A stretch of 34,606 nt of DNA from a virus (lineage: Duplodnaviria > Caudoviricetes): IMG/VR virus record IMGVR_UViG_3300023263_000006, positions 1-34,606 of that record. One strand, given 5' to 3'. Below the pieces are notes generated by a model, which saw only the letters and a program-made list of their open reading frames with translations, did not search any database and had not been told where the DNA came from. This document shows, one piece after another, positions 7,886 through 17,092 of the stretch. Every line of letters starts with the position of its first letter. Within the stretch, counting starts at the first letter, position 1. The translations under genes and the position numbers were made by a program.

Positions 7886-8290
7886 ATGACTGAACAACTG
7901 GGACCTGTTAGAGATCAGATGGCGCTAGATTGCTGGGCTATGGCTCAACAAATAGCCGAGGATCGACGTAAAGATCCTAAGCCCTTCTACATTATATATT
8001 CTGCAAAAGTAGATCCTGCATTGGCTGGTGCTGATGCATGGGGAAAACGAGTTGCAGGTGGGATTAGACAGGCTTTCAAACTCTCTTACGACAGACCGCC
8101 CTTTGTTCTTGGAATGCTGGTATGGTTTGTTAACAACCCTATGGGAGTATTTCAGTTTGTTCCTGAGCTCTCAAGTCCGCCAGATGTTCCTATTGATCCT
8201 TCGCTGCTTTCGACAAAGTCTTACGACAAGTCGTATGCGTTGATGGACAAAGCAAAAGAGATGAACAAAGTAATGCCGCTTATAAGTTGA
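7886..8290 (+). CDS. Hypothetical protein preceding scaffold
   Basis: 134-aa ORF in operon. Confidence 0.75.
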   Translation: MTEQLGPVRDQMALDCWAMAQQIAEDRRKDPKPFYIIYSAKVDPALAGADAWGKRVAGGIRQAFKLSYDRPPFVLGMLVWFVNNPMGVFQFVPELSSPPDVPIDPSLLSTKSYDKSYALMDKAKEMNKVMPLIS

Positions 8291-8332
8291 CACAATGTTA
8301 TGTCAAATTCAAGTTGACATAGATTTATGTCA
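8287..8332. promoter_or_regulatory. Two tandem palindromic sites TGACA-N8-TGTCA (27-bp period)
   Basis: TTGACAcaatgttaTGTCAA 8287-8306; TTGACAtagatttaTGTCA 8314-8332. Confidence 0.6.
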
Positions 8333-8358
8333 TTATAAGCATCATAGAAAACTTTTAA

Positions 8359-8489
8359 CGGGCGTAATGCGAGTGTCGCCGACTCAAGGATACTATGACA
8401 ATATACGATCAAGACTACATGGCAGAACTTGCCATGCAGCAAGAATACCAAAAACCGGGCGTAACAGATTCTGTCGCCGAGAATCAGGA
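8359..8489 (+). promoter_or_regulatory. Duplicated structured RNA motif CGGGCGTAA-N2-3-stem-GTCGCCG-stem flanking the scaffold start
   Basis: Copy 1 8359-8385 (stem GAGT/ACTC); copy 2 8456-8485 (stem GATTCT/AGAATC); identical loop and 5' segment. Confidence 0.65.
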
Positions 8490-9177
8490 AACAGCTGTTT
8501 CACAAGTAGAACCCGCGGAGTCAACTCCACAGGCTGAACAGTTCCTTGAGGAAGCAAAACCGGCCGTTGAGGCTGGGAATGACAAGGAATATAACTTCAG
8601 AGCTCTACGAGAGGAACTAGCGCAAATTAAAGAAGATCGGGATCGTCTAAGAGGCGATTTTGAAGATCTTCGCAGGCAACAAGTGCAACGTCAACCTGAG
8701 CCGTCTCGTAAGCGAGCTATTGATGAGATAAACTCTGATGATCTCGTCACAGGTGCACAATTCAAGCAGGCCATGGCAGAGCGTGAAGCTGAGTATCAAC
8801 TCATGCTTGGAGAGCTTCAAGTCAAATCGCAGAACCCCGATTACGATGAGGTGACATCTAAGTATGGAGTCCCTCTAATTGAAAAAGAACCTGATCTAGC
8901 GCAAGGATTTTTAGCCTCTCAGAACAAAGCCGCGTATCTCTACAAGCTAGGGAAAATGGCTATGCTTGCTGAGCAAAGGCAACAAGTACCAGAACCTGTG
9001 ATGCCTTCTCCGCAGCCATCAAAAGTGGCAGAACGCATTGTAGAAAACTCTAGAAAGCCTGGCACGCTATCCAACGCTGTTGGTGGTGCTGGCAACCTCT
9101 CTAAAGCAGACTACTATGCTACAATGTCGGACGCAGAATTTACAGCCATGGTACAAAAGAACCTTGACTCGATCTAA
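8395..9177 (+). CDS. Capsid scaffolding protein
   Basis: Acidic disordered N-terminus, coiled coil (NFRALREE...), C-terminal MSDAEF motif; immediately upstream of capsid gene. Confidence 0.8.
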   Translation: MTIYDQDYMAELAMQQEYQKPGVTDSVAENQETAVSQVEPAESTPQAEQFLEEAKPAVEAGNDKEYNFRALREELAQIKEDRDRLRGDFEDLRRQQVQRQPEPSRKRAIDEINSDDLVTGAQFKQAMAEREAEYQLMLGELQVKSQNPDYDEVTSKYGVPLIEKEPDLAQGFLASQNKAAYLYKLGKMAMLAEQRQQVPEPVMPSPQPSKVAERIVENSRKPGTLSNAVGGAGNLSKADYYATMSDAEFTAMVQKNLDSI

Positions 9178-9193
9178 CTAAAGAGTAGATCTC

Positions 9194-10135
9194 ATGGCAA
9201 TGACAACATTAACGCAACTTCCTCCAGAAGTGCGTACCTATTTCGATAGGATGTTGCTTACACTGGCAAGACCATATTTCATCTACGATCTTTTCGCTCA
9301 GAAGCGTCAAATTCCGCTTAATTCTGGTGATCAGATGGTATTTGCAAGATACGGTACTTTAAGTGCAGCAACTATCCCACTAACCGATGGACAAACTCCA
9401 GCCGGTTCACAACTTTCAAGAACAGACTTTAAAGCAGCTATTAGCTGGTATGGCGACTATGTAACTATATCAGACCAAGTTCAGTTTGTGGTGCAAGACC
9501 GCGTTCTAAACGAAGCTACAAAAGTTCTGTCACTGCAACTCGGTTTGACAATCGACACTCTCATACGCGATATGATGGTTTCGACTGCATCTACCATTGC
9601 TGCTACAGAAGGTATAAACGGTAATACACCTACTGAAATCACTGACGGTGATATTCAAACGGCTATCGTTGCTCTACGTCAAGGGAATGCTCGTCTAATG
9701 ACGAACCCACTTCCTGGCGAGAACAAGTTTGGTACAGCGCCTGTACGTGCATCGTACTGGGGCTTTATGAGCGTGGATATGCAAAAAGACCTAGAAGCTG
9801 TATCAAGCTTCCTGTCTGCTGCTAACTACCCTAACCAATCCAATGCTCTAGAAGCTGAATGGGGTTCCACAAGGAATGTCAGATGGCTGCTGAACACCAA
9901 TGGTTATAACACTGGTGGAGATGTTCCAATTTACTCAAGCTTTATCCTCGGTCAAGAGGCATATGGCGTAGTAAGACTTGGTGCTAAGGAAGCAGAATTT
10001 ATCGTGAAGCCACTTGGCGCTAGCGGTACTGCTGACCCATTAAATCAACGTGGAACTGTTGGCTACAAGTATCCTTTCGCAACAAGGATCTTGAACGACA
10101 ACTGGATCACACGTTTAATCTCGACACTGGCTTAA
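9194..10135 (+). CDS. Major capsid protein (N4-gp56 family, HK97 fold)
   Basis: FAQKRQIPLNSGD, LTDGQTP, YGDYVTISD, ADPLNQRGTVGYK motifs. Confidence 0.9.
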   Translation: MAMTTLTQLPPEVRTYFDRMLLTLARPYFIYDLFAQKRQIPLNSGDQMVFARYGTLSAATIPLTDGQTPAGSQLSRTDFKAAISWYGDYVTISDQVQFVVQDRVLNEATKVLSLQLGLTIDTLIRDMMVSTASTIAATEGINGNTPTEITDGDIQTAIVALRQGNARLMTNPLPGENKFGTAPVRASYWGFMSVDMQKDLEAVSSFLSAANYPNQSNALEAEWGSTRNVRWLLNTNGYNTGGDVPIYSSFILGQEAYGVVRLGAKEAEFIVKPLGASGTADPLNQRGTVGYKYPFATRILNDNWITRLISTLA

Positions 10136-10145
10136 GGAGGGCATC

Positions 10146-10916
10146 ATGGCTATTTATAAATATGGTACCTTCAATGTGCCGACTGCTAAGGCAGCCTTAA
10201 ACTTAAATCTAGGGTTTGTGCCTAGTGAATTTCGCATGTGGAACCAAACAGTATTTAATACTGGTACTTTAACAGGTACTATTTCCGGATGGTGGAATGC
10301 AACAATGGGTGTTCAAGCTACTCCAATGAGTATGTTAGGCACCTGGACAGCTGGTGCTGAAGTTTGGAGCAGGTTAACTACGACTGGTATTCTTTCTTTC
10401 CAAAGTGATGATGCCAATCTGTTTACTCCTCAACAGGCTCCTTACACTACTATTGTTGGTAATAGACAATATATCCAAGAGTCTACAAACCTGGTAATTA
10501 CCGGGTTGTCTAATGCTGCAAATGCTTCAGTAACAGCTACTCATAGCTTTACTTCAGCAGACGTTGGAGTAACAGTTGTTACATTCCATGGCGTATTGGG
10601 CATGACTCAGATCAATGGTCTGTCAGGCATAGTACAATCTGTGACTAGCACAACATCCTTTACTGTAAATATCAATTCAACAAACTTTGGTGTTTATAGC
10701 GCGGGTGTAGCTGGTGTAACAGGTGGTTTTGCAAACGTCATCACTGGCGCTCCTGCAAATACACTTTACAGCAATGTATCGTTGCCAACAGCACAAGCAA
10801 ACCTAGGATTCATAGGTTTAACCATTGGTACTGGTATGTTCTCAGATGCATCAGTTACTGCTGGAGATCTGTATTCATACAGTGCTATCTTGCAGTCACC
10901 TGCAACTGGTCCGTAA
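10146..10916 (+). CDS. Virion structural/decoration protein with an E1-FCCH-like beta domain
   Basis: LNLGFVPSEF N-terminus; ITGLSNAANASVT..H...VTFHGVLGMTQING...SFTVNINSTNFGVY..G. Confidence 0.65.
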   Translation: MAIYKYGTFNVPTAKAALNLNLGFVPSEFRMWNQTVFNTGTLTGTISGWWNATMGVQATPMSMLGTWTAGAEVWSRLTTTGILSFQSDDANLFTPQQAPYTTIVGNRQYIQESTNLVITGLSNAANASVTATHSFTSADVGVTVVTFHGVLGMTQINGLSGIVQSVTSTTSFTVNINSTNFGVYSAGVAGVTGGFANVITGAPANTLYSNVSLPTAQANLGFIGLTIGTGMFSDASVTAGDLYSYSAILQSPATGP

Positions 10917-10948
10917 TAAAGGTCGCTGTACTTAAAACGTACAGAACC

Positions 10949-10977
10949 CCCGGGGTTTCGGCCCCGGGTCTACTTTT
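10949..10977 (+). terminator. Intrinsic terminator after head genes
   Basis: CCCGGGGT-TTCG-GCCCCGGG stem with UUCG loop, then TCTACTTTT. Confidence 0.75.
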
Positions 10978-10986
10978 GAGGAATAG

Positions 10987-11358
10987 ATGCCTAGAAACTT
11001 AGCTGGAGCAGGATTACCCGCAGGAAATGGTGGAGTAACATATCCAAGTCCTAATGAGTGGCCCACTACTGTTTATGCTGTAACCGGCATTACACAAAGT
11101 GGTAACCCTATCGTTACGGCTGCTAATCATGGCATTACGATATCTTCAACACAATCTACGCCGAGAGTCGATTTCTCTCAAGTTAGAGGCATGTATCAGA
11201 TCAACGGCCAATCTGCTTTCGTTACATCAGTAATAGACGCAAGCAACTTCACCATTGCTCTAGATACAAGTAAATATTCACCCTATACGAGTGGGGGCTT
11301 TGTCAATATATTGGTAAGCCCAGCACCTATAGACCCATTAACAAACACTTTTGCATGA
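10987..11358 (+). CDS. Small protein consisting mainly of an E1-FCCH-like domain
   Basis: VTGITQSGNPIVTAANHG...VDFSQVRGMYQING...NFTIALDTSKYSPYTSGG. Confidence 0.7.
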   Translation: MPRNLAGAGLPAGNGGVTYPSPNEWPTTVYAVTGITQSGNPIVTAANHGITISSTQSTPRVDFSQVRGMYQINGQSAFVTSVIDASNFTIALDTSKYSPYTSGGFVNILVSPAPIDPLTNTFA

Positions 11359-11366
11359 GGTAAAAC

Positions 11367-11768
11367 ATGGCAAGACCAAAAAGACTAAACGACATGGATA
11401 AGGAAACCATAGAAAAGAACTTCCTTGCTACAGAACCTGAAGGTATTCCAACAGAACAAAAAGTAGTGGTAGCTCAAGAAGTTCCACGTTATGAAGATGT
11501 TATCTTCATGAATAACAGAGATCCTGGTAGCACACTGTACTTTCACTATCGTACTAAGACTCACCCACTTAAGCACTACACTCTTGTGCATGGAATGCAA
11601 TACAAGCTTCCTTCTGAGGTGATTAGACATCTAGAAGGACAAAATGCTTACGATCCATACTCTTGTCACTCAAGACTTTATGGTATAGGAACGAATCAAG
11701 AAGGTAATGCGTGTCCTGTGGTCAATGGCTACAAGCCATATTTTCAGTGTAGGACTGTACGTAAGTAA
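11367..11768 (+). CDS. Hypothetical protein (head completion region)
   Basis: GAGGT RBS; position between head and tail genes. Confidence 0.75.
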   Translation: MARPKRLNDMDKETIEKNFLATEPEGIPTEQKVVVAQEVPRYEDVIFMNNRDPGSTLYFHYRTKTHPLKHYTLVHGMQYKLPSEVIRHLEGQNAYDPYSCHSRLYGIGTNQEGNACPVVNGYKPYFQCRTVRK

Positions 11769-11791
11769 TTATTTGAACCAATAGGGTTGAT

Positions 11792-12676
11792 ATGGTGACA
11801 TGGGATCTTCCGACAATAATAGCAAAAGTACGTGCGTTAACAGCAACGCCCACGGACCAGCTTTCTAATCAGCAGATCACTGATTATATAAATACTTACT
11901 ATAAATTTACGATGCCTTTTGAATTGAAGGAGCAGATAAACCTGCAACCGCTCAACTTCACTACAGTGGCAAACCAGGATGTTTATCCAACATTGGGTGG
12001 TTTCCAGACTGATGAACCCATGGCTTATGCTAATGGGTTTCCTTTAGTCTTTTATCAGGATAGAGATGTATTCTTTCAAGACTGGCCGCAGCAGTATACC
12101 CAAGATCAGGTAGCTACTTCTACTGGAACAGCTGGACCATACACCGGTACAACTCAGGCATCGCCAATCATACAAGGTTCTTATTTTATTACTGATGGTA
12201 CACTTGTAGCTTTTGATAAGAGTGATGGAGTACTCTATCAAACTATCGCTGGTGTAGATTCCGCTGTAGGTACGATAAATTACGTTACAGGAGCGTTTAC
12301 TGTGACTTTTAGTGCAGTTTCTGCAGCTGGAACCCTAATTTATGATAACTATCAAGCTTATCAGCCGGCAAGACCACAAGGTGTGCTATTCTATAATAAC
12401 CACTTTACATTTAGGCCTATACCTGACCAAGTTTATCAGATTACTATGCAAGGTTTTATTACTCAGATAGAACTTGGCAATGCACCTAATGATGAGCCTT
12501 TGCAAACAGAATGGGGTCAATTGATCGCCTATGGTGCTTCGCTTGATATCTTCTCGGATAGAGGAGACTTAGGTGCTTACAACAATTTTTATCCAATATT
12601 TAAGCGTTATGAGAACGTTGCTTTAGGACGATTTGTGGAACAGTTCCAGAACGCCCAAAGCGTCCCAAGATTCTAG
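11792..12676 (+). CDS. Head-tail adaptor / tail tubular protein A-like
   Basis: N-terminal L..IIAKVR.LT.....LS...I..YIN; FRPIPDQVY; LIAYGA C-terminal helices; synteny. Confidence 0.7.
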   Translation: MVTWDLPTIIAKVRALTATPTDQLSNQQITDYINTYYKFTMPFELKEQINLQPLNFTTVANQDVYPTLGGFQTDEPMAYANGFPLVFYQDRDVFFQDWPQQYTQDQVATSTGTAGPYTGTTQASPIIQGSYFITDGTLVAFDKSDGVLYQTIAGVDSAVGTINYVTGAFTVTFSAVSAAGTLIYDNYQAYQPARPQGVLFYNNHFTFRPIPDQVYQITMQGFITQIELGNAPNDEPLQTEWGQLIAYGASLDIFSDRGDLGAYNNFYPIFKRYENVALGRFVEQFQNAQSVPRF

Positions 12677-12686
12677 GAGAAACTTT

Positions 12687-13310
12687 ATGGCAGATTATGA
12701 TCCACTTATCCCACAAGCTAATGACCTAATTAGCCAATCACAAGCAGATATCCTGAACAACTTTGGAGAGTTGAATACTATATTCAATAATGACCATTAT
12801 ACTTGGGATTACTCTACTTCAGCCTATCGAGGATTGCATCGAAAGATAACATTTCCACTTGCTTTAGGGTCCGATCCGGCTCTTGCCGGAATGGCAGGAT
12901 ATTTATTCCTCAAAAATGATCCAAATGATGCTTCTGCAAGGCCTCAAGTATACTACAAAAATATTACAGAAACCTTGCAAGTAACCAACCGCTTTCATAG
13001 CGCTGTGAGCGATGGGTATATCCAGTTGCCTGGAGGCATTATATTGATGTGGGGAACTGCTGCAATACCTAACGCAGCGTCTGGACAAGTTAACGTTACG
13101 TTTCCAGTAATCGCAAATTATACGGGTGCTCCATCTGGATTTCCAAATAACGTATTTAACATTCAGATATCAATACAAGGCGCCTCTTCCAATAGTGGTA
13201 TTACTTATATTATTGGTTCTGGAACACCACCAACTGCCGCAGGATTTCAATTTAGATTTAGCAATAATACGCAGAGTGCAACTTTATACTGGTTTGCAAT
13301 AGGTAATTAA
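12687..13310 (+). CDS. Tail-associated protein with fibre-type C-terminal domain
   Basis: AGGAGA RBS before ATG 12687; GYIQLPGGIILMWG...VTFP...FPNNVFNI...YWFAIG motif common in tail-fibre C-termini. Confidence 0.7.
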   Translation: MADYDPLIPQANDLISQSQADILNNFGELNTIFNNDHYTWDYSTSAYRGLHRKITFPLALGSDPALAGMAGYLFLKNDPNDASARPQVYYKNITETLQVTNRFHSAVSDGYIQLPGGIILMWGTAAIPNAASGQVNVTFPVIANYTGAPSGFPNNVFNIQISIQGASSNSGITYIIGSGTPPTAAGFQFRFSNNTQSATLYWFAIGN

Positions 13311-15952
13311 TGAGCTCACCAACAAGTTATCAGCCGTTTTTGATAGGACAGTTCACCACTGGCCAGTTTAGCTATCTCCAACCATGGCAATCGCCACATG
13401 ATGCTTTTGAGCCATTGGTTAATGCTTATGCCTATCGTGGTGGCATTCAAAAGCGTCAGGGCTATCAAGAATGCGGGTTTACAGGACTGCTGCGTTATCA
13501 GAACAATGAACATGCTGATGATGGGAATGGTGGTGTAAACTACACGCTCAATTTGACTCACTTTCCTGTGGCGCCAAGTTCAGTAACTGTAACAGCCTTA
13601 GTTGGTGCAGTAGTCTTAACAATGACTGATGTTCCTGGAGTGTATCCCGCAGGTACTTTTGCAGGTGCCTTAGATGCAGGTAGCACAATAGATTACTTTA
13701 CCGGTGTGATTACTATGGTTGCCTCTGGTGGTGTAGATGCTGGCACTCCTATCATGGTCCAATATACTTTTACTAATAGCCAAACAGCTGAAAATATTGG
13801 CACAGGTGATGGTGTCACCTTAACCTTTAATGGCATACTTGGATCAATCCCTGTCGTACCTCTCTCTATAGAAATCACCACTACCACACTTGCTGGAGCC
13901 ACAACAATATCTGATGATGGCAATGGCAATCTAATAGGAACTTTCATAGATCCCATTAGCGACATCGATTACACCACGGGTGTCTGGAACCTGATCTTTA
14001 CTTCGCCAGTTGTAAACGGAACTGACATCATCATAACCTACATACAAGTAGGAGATGGATCCCCCATCATGGGCATAAACTACTTCGAAAATTCACTTGA
14101 CACTAATGAGTTGATGACAGTAGAAGATCAAAAAAGGATGGCTGTTTTTAATAGGACAACTAAACTTTTCGACCCAATTCAGTGCTTTGACCAGGACTTT
14201 TTTACTGTAAACAGTGCTGTTGCAGTTACAACTGGTGCAATTACCCTTCCTTGGACTGATATAGCTCCTTTTTCTGTATCCATTAGTGATGGTACCAATA
14301 CTATTACTGATATTCCTGGTGCTTATCCAGCTGGAACGTTTACAACTTCTGCAACGCTAAATACACTCAATACATCAGTAATAAATTATGCCACAGGTGT
14401 TATTACCATTACTCATGCAGCCTATGCAGCGGTCCCTGTTGTATTGCATATAGAAGCAAATCTTCAGGGGGATTACTTTACTGGTGGAGATGACGATTTT
14501 TTCAAGTTTGCTAACTGGAAAGCTAGAGATGAATTGCCTACGTATGAATATCTTACCAATAACAAAGATCGAATTACGCTTTTTGATGGCACATGTTTAT
14601 CTCGGCCTAATTTCCCGATTTATGAAGATCAAATTGCAGGTGGCATTGCCTTAGTAGAGGGACAGACCTATTATCCAAATTTCAATGGTATTGTCAAAAC
14701 TTTGGACATAAAGGTTTATAAAAACAGGTTACTGTTCTTTAGGCCTACAATAAATACATATGCAGCTGTTCCACATACAACTCCAAACGGTACTATAATA
14801 GAGCCACAAGTTGTAAGATATAGCTCAGAATTTTATACTTTCGGCACAAATATAACAATACCATTTGACTTTGTAGCTGATGTAGCTGGACATGGAGGGG
14901 TTGCAGATGCGCCTACACCTGACTGGATTATCTGCGCCGAGTTCTTAAGAGATGCTATTGTAGTTTTCTTTGAGAAATCCACATGGTTATTCCGTTTTAC
15001 TGGCGCTGCTACCGGTACCATATTTCGATGGGATCAAATAAATAGCTCTCGGAACTCCAATGCTCCATATGGATCTATATCTTATGATGGCTCTGCAACA
15101 TCTATGGGTACAAAAGGTTTAATTTCTTGTGATGGTACAAATGTTGATCGTTATGATCAGTCTGTAATAGATCAATATACAGACATAGACAACGATAATT
15201 TTGTACAATGTCAGGCAGTTCGTGATGATATTCTAAATCAATCTTGGATGATTTATCCATCAGTATCACGTAATGTGGATAATCGATTTTCTGATAAATC
15301 CATAATGTACAATTTCTTAGAGCAGAATTTTGCTACATATAAAATTAACCTATCCACCGTAGGTATTGAAAATACTTATCAAGATATAACATGGGCGAGT
15401 TTTGCTCATGGAAGTGGGGTATGGACCGAAGGACTAACTTGGGTTCAAGCGAATTTTAACTGGAATAAGTTTGTAGCTCAAAATTTATCACCTCAAGTAT
15501 TTGGTGGAGACCAAAATGGCTTTGTCTACATCATGAATGTCACAGAAACAGATAATGGCGGTCATATCGACGTAGAAATAAAGTCAGCTCGTTGGAATCC
15601 ATTCATACAAACTGGTGAGCGCTGCCGTTTTGGATATATAGATTTCTATTATCAGATCAATGAAGACGTGACACTTCAAATAGATATATTTGGTAACAAT
15701 TCTAAGAGTCCAAATTACACTAAATACTTAACACTCAATGGACCTGCCAATGATGATTATGCTTGGAAGCGACTCTTTGTTAACTTACAAGGTGAATTCA
15801 TAAGAATAGAGATTACTACGCCATTTATTCCTCAAGGAACAATCAATGAAGATCAGACTGATGATATTCCTAACAACGGGACATTCCTGATTAGCGGTAT
15901 TATTCTTTGGGCGGCTCCTGCAGGTAGATTGGCGCCAGGAGTTCTCATATGA
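13310..15952 (+). CDS. Tail nozzle / DNA stabilization protein (P22 gp10 or T7 gp12-like) with inserted beta modules
   Basis: 880 aa; NAYAYRGGIQKRQGY N-terminus, VYKNRLLF, VRYS, beta-propeller-like composition; synteny. Confidence 0.7.
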   Translation: MSSPTSYQPFLIGQFTTGQFSYLQPWQSPHDAFEPLVNAYAYRGGIQKRQGYQECGFTGLLRYQNNEHADDGNGGVNYTLNLTHFPVAPSSVTVTALVGAVVLTMTDVPGVYPAGTFAGALDAGSTIDYFTGVITMVASGGVDAGTPIMVQYTFTNSQTAENIGTGDGVTLTFNGILGSIPVVPLSIEITTTTLAGATTISDDGNGNLIGTFIDPISDIDYTTGVWNLIFTSPVVNGTDIIITYIQVGDGSPIMGINYFENSLDTNELMTVEDQKRMAVFNRTTKLFDPIQCFDQDFFTVNSAVAVTTGAITLPWTDIAPFSVSISDGTNTITDIPGAYPAGTFTTSATLNTLNTSVINYATGVITITHAAYAAVPVVLHIEANLQGDYFTGGDDDFFKFANWKARDELPTYEYLTNNKDRITLFDGTCLSRPNFPIYEDQIAGGIALVEGQTYYPNFNGIVKTLDIKVYKNRLLFFRPTINTYAAVPHTTPNGTIIEPQVVRYSSEFYTFGTNITIPFDFVADVAGHGGVADAPTPDWIICAEFLRDAIVVFFEKSTWLFRFTGAATGTIFRWDQINSSRNSNAPYGSISYDGSATSMGTKGLISCDGTNVDRYDQSVIDQYTDIDNDNFVQCQAVRDDILNQSWMIYPSVSRNVDNRFSDKSIMYNFLEQNFATYKINLSTVGIENTYQDITWASFAHGSGVWTEGLTWVQANFNWNKFVAQNLSPQVFGGDQNGFVYIMNVTETDNGGHIDVEIKSARWNPFIQTGERCRFGYIDFYYQINEDVTLQIDIFGNNSKSPNYTKYLTLNGPANDDYAWKRLFVNLQGEFIRIEITTPFIPQGTINEDQTDDIPNNGTFLISGIILWAAPAGRLAPGVLI

Positions 15953-16392
15953 TGAACTTTCCTAATTCAGCATATCCTGATCTTCCACCAAATACCATAG
16001 TACCTGACCCAGTGGATCAAAAAGATATCTTCATACAGTATTTCAACCGACTTTATGAGGATGTTGCTTTTGCAGTGAATCAAAGAGATTTTAATTTTTA
16101 TGAGATTGAGATAAGTTCTACTCCACAAAATATCCTATTTCTGCCAACGTTCGGTGCTTTTATTGTCGCTGTATCAGGGATTGATAGTACACAACCTGTA
16201 AAAACATGGTCTTTAGTAAAATCTACGGCAACGGCAGCAGGTGTAATTAACATTCTAGGAACTCAAGCGGGTTCCGCAGCCTGGGCGGGTATAGATCTTA
16301 CGATAACATCGACTGCAACTAATTTTCAGATAGCGCACAATAGAGCAGGGGTAGCAGCTAATTTTAACATCCGAGTAATCGGAACACAGTGA
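15949..16392 (+). CDS. Tail-associated structural protein
   Basis: ATGA-coupled; N-terminal helix then beta-rich region. Confidence 0.6.
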   Translation: MMNFPNSAYPDLPPNTIVPDPVDQKDIFIQYFNRLYEDVAFAVNQRDFNFYEIEISSTPQNILFLPTFGAFIVAVSGIDSTQPVKTWSLVKSTATAAGVINILGTQAGSAAWAGIDLTITSTATNFQIAHNRAGVAANFNIRVIGTQ

Positions 16393-16399
16393 GGAATAT

Positions 16400-17083
16400 A
16401 TGCCTAGATCAGCATTGACAGGAACAGAAAAGAAAGTAAAGAAGGCAGCACTTAAGAGTGCAAAAGAGCGTGATAAAGTTGCTCTTTCAGGTTATAAGAA
16501 AGGGATAAAAGGCCTTGAAGAAGCCTTGAGAGGGAAAGGAGCTCTTCCTAGTGAACAAAGCGAAATACAAAGAAGATACGCTCGAGCTCTTAAAGAATCT
16601 GAAGGCATGTTTGATGCTCAAAAGGCTAATGCCATTGCAGAATATCAACAAACCTATGCTCCACAGATACGCGGAACTTATGGTGCAGCATCTGGTCAGG
16701 GATCTCGAAGTAGCGCTCTTAACCAGGCCCTTGCAGCTGCACAGAGCAATCTCACGCGTGGATTAAATGCTGACTATGAAGCACTTAGGAATAATGTAGC
16801 ATCTAATATTATGAATGCCACATATGGGAATAAATTATCCAATCTGAATGCACAATTATCTTCCGCTAGTGGACTAACAAATCAGGGTGTTAATCCAGTT
16901 TCTGGAAGCTTGGCACAACAGTCATCCTACTTACCTAAGAGCAATGATCCAAGCACATTTAGAAAGATAATGGCTGGTGGTAGCACAATTGCTGGTACAG
17001 CTGCAGGTGCAATGTTCGGAGGGCCTGTAGGTGCCGGAATAGGAATGCAAACAGGAAATGCAATCGGACAAATGTGGTTATAA
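16400..17083 (+). CDS. Internal virion/ejection protein (P22 gp7-like)
   Basis: Ala/Gln-rich helices; C-terminal glycine zipper GTAAGAMFGGPVGAGIG; position. Confidence 0.6.
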   Translation: MPRSALTGTEKKVKKAALKSAKERDKVALSGYKKGIKGLEEALRGKGALPSEQSEIQRRYARALKESEGMFDAQKANAIAEYQQTYAPQIRGTYGAASGQGSRSSALNQALAAAQSNLTRGLNADYEALRNNVASNIMNATYGNKLSNLNAQLSSASGLTNQGVNPVSGSLAQQSSYLPKSNDPSTFRKIMAGGSTIAGTAAGAMFGGPVGAGIGMQTGNAIGQMWL

Positions 17084-17092
17084 GGGGAAATT

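Noticed and set aside
8295-8537. 80-aa ORF overlapping the scaffold start
   Set aside because: No RBS, overlaps regulatory motifs and the scaffold CDS in another frame
10120-10150. Programmed frameshift or readthrough extending the capsid protein
   Set aside because: No slippery heptamer before the TAA; the next gene has its own strong AGGAGG RBS
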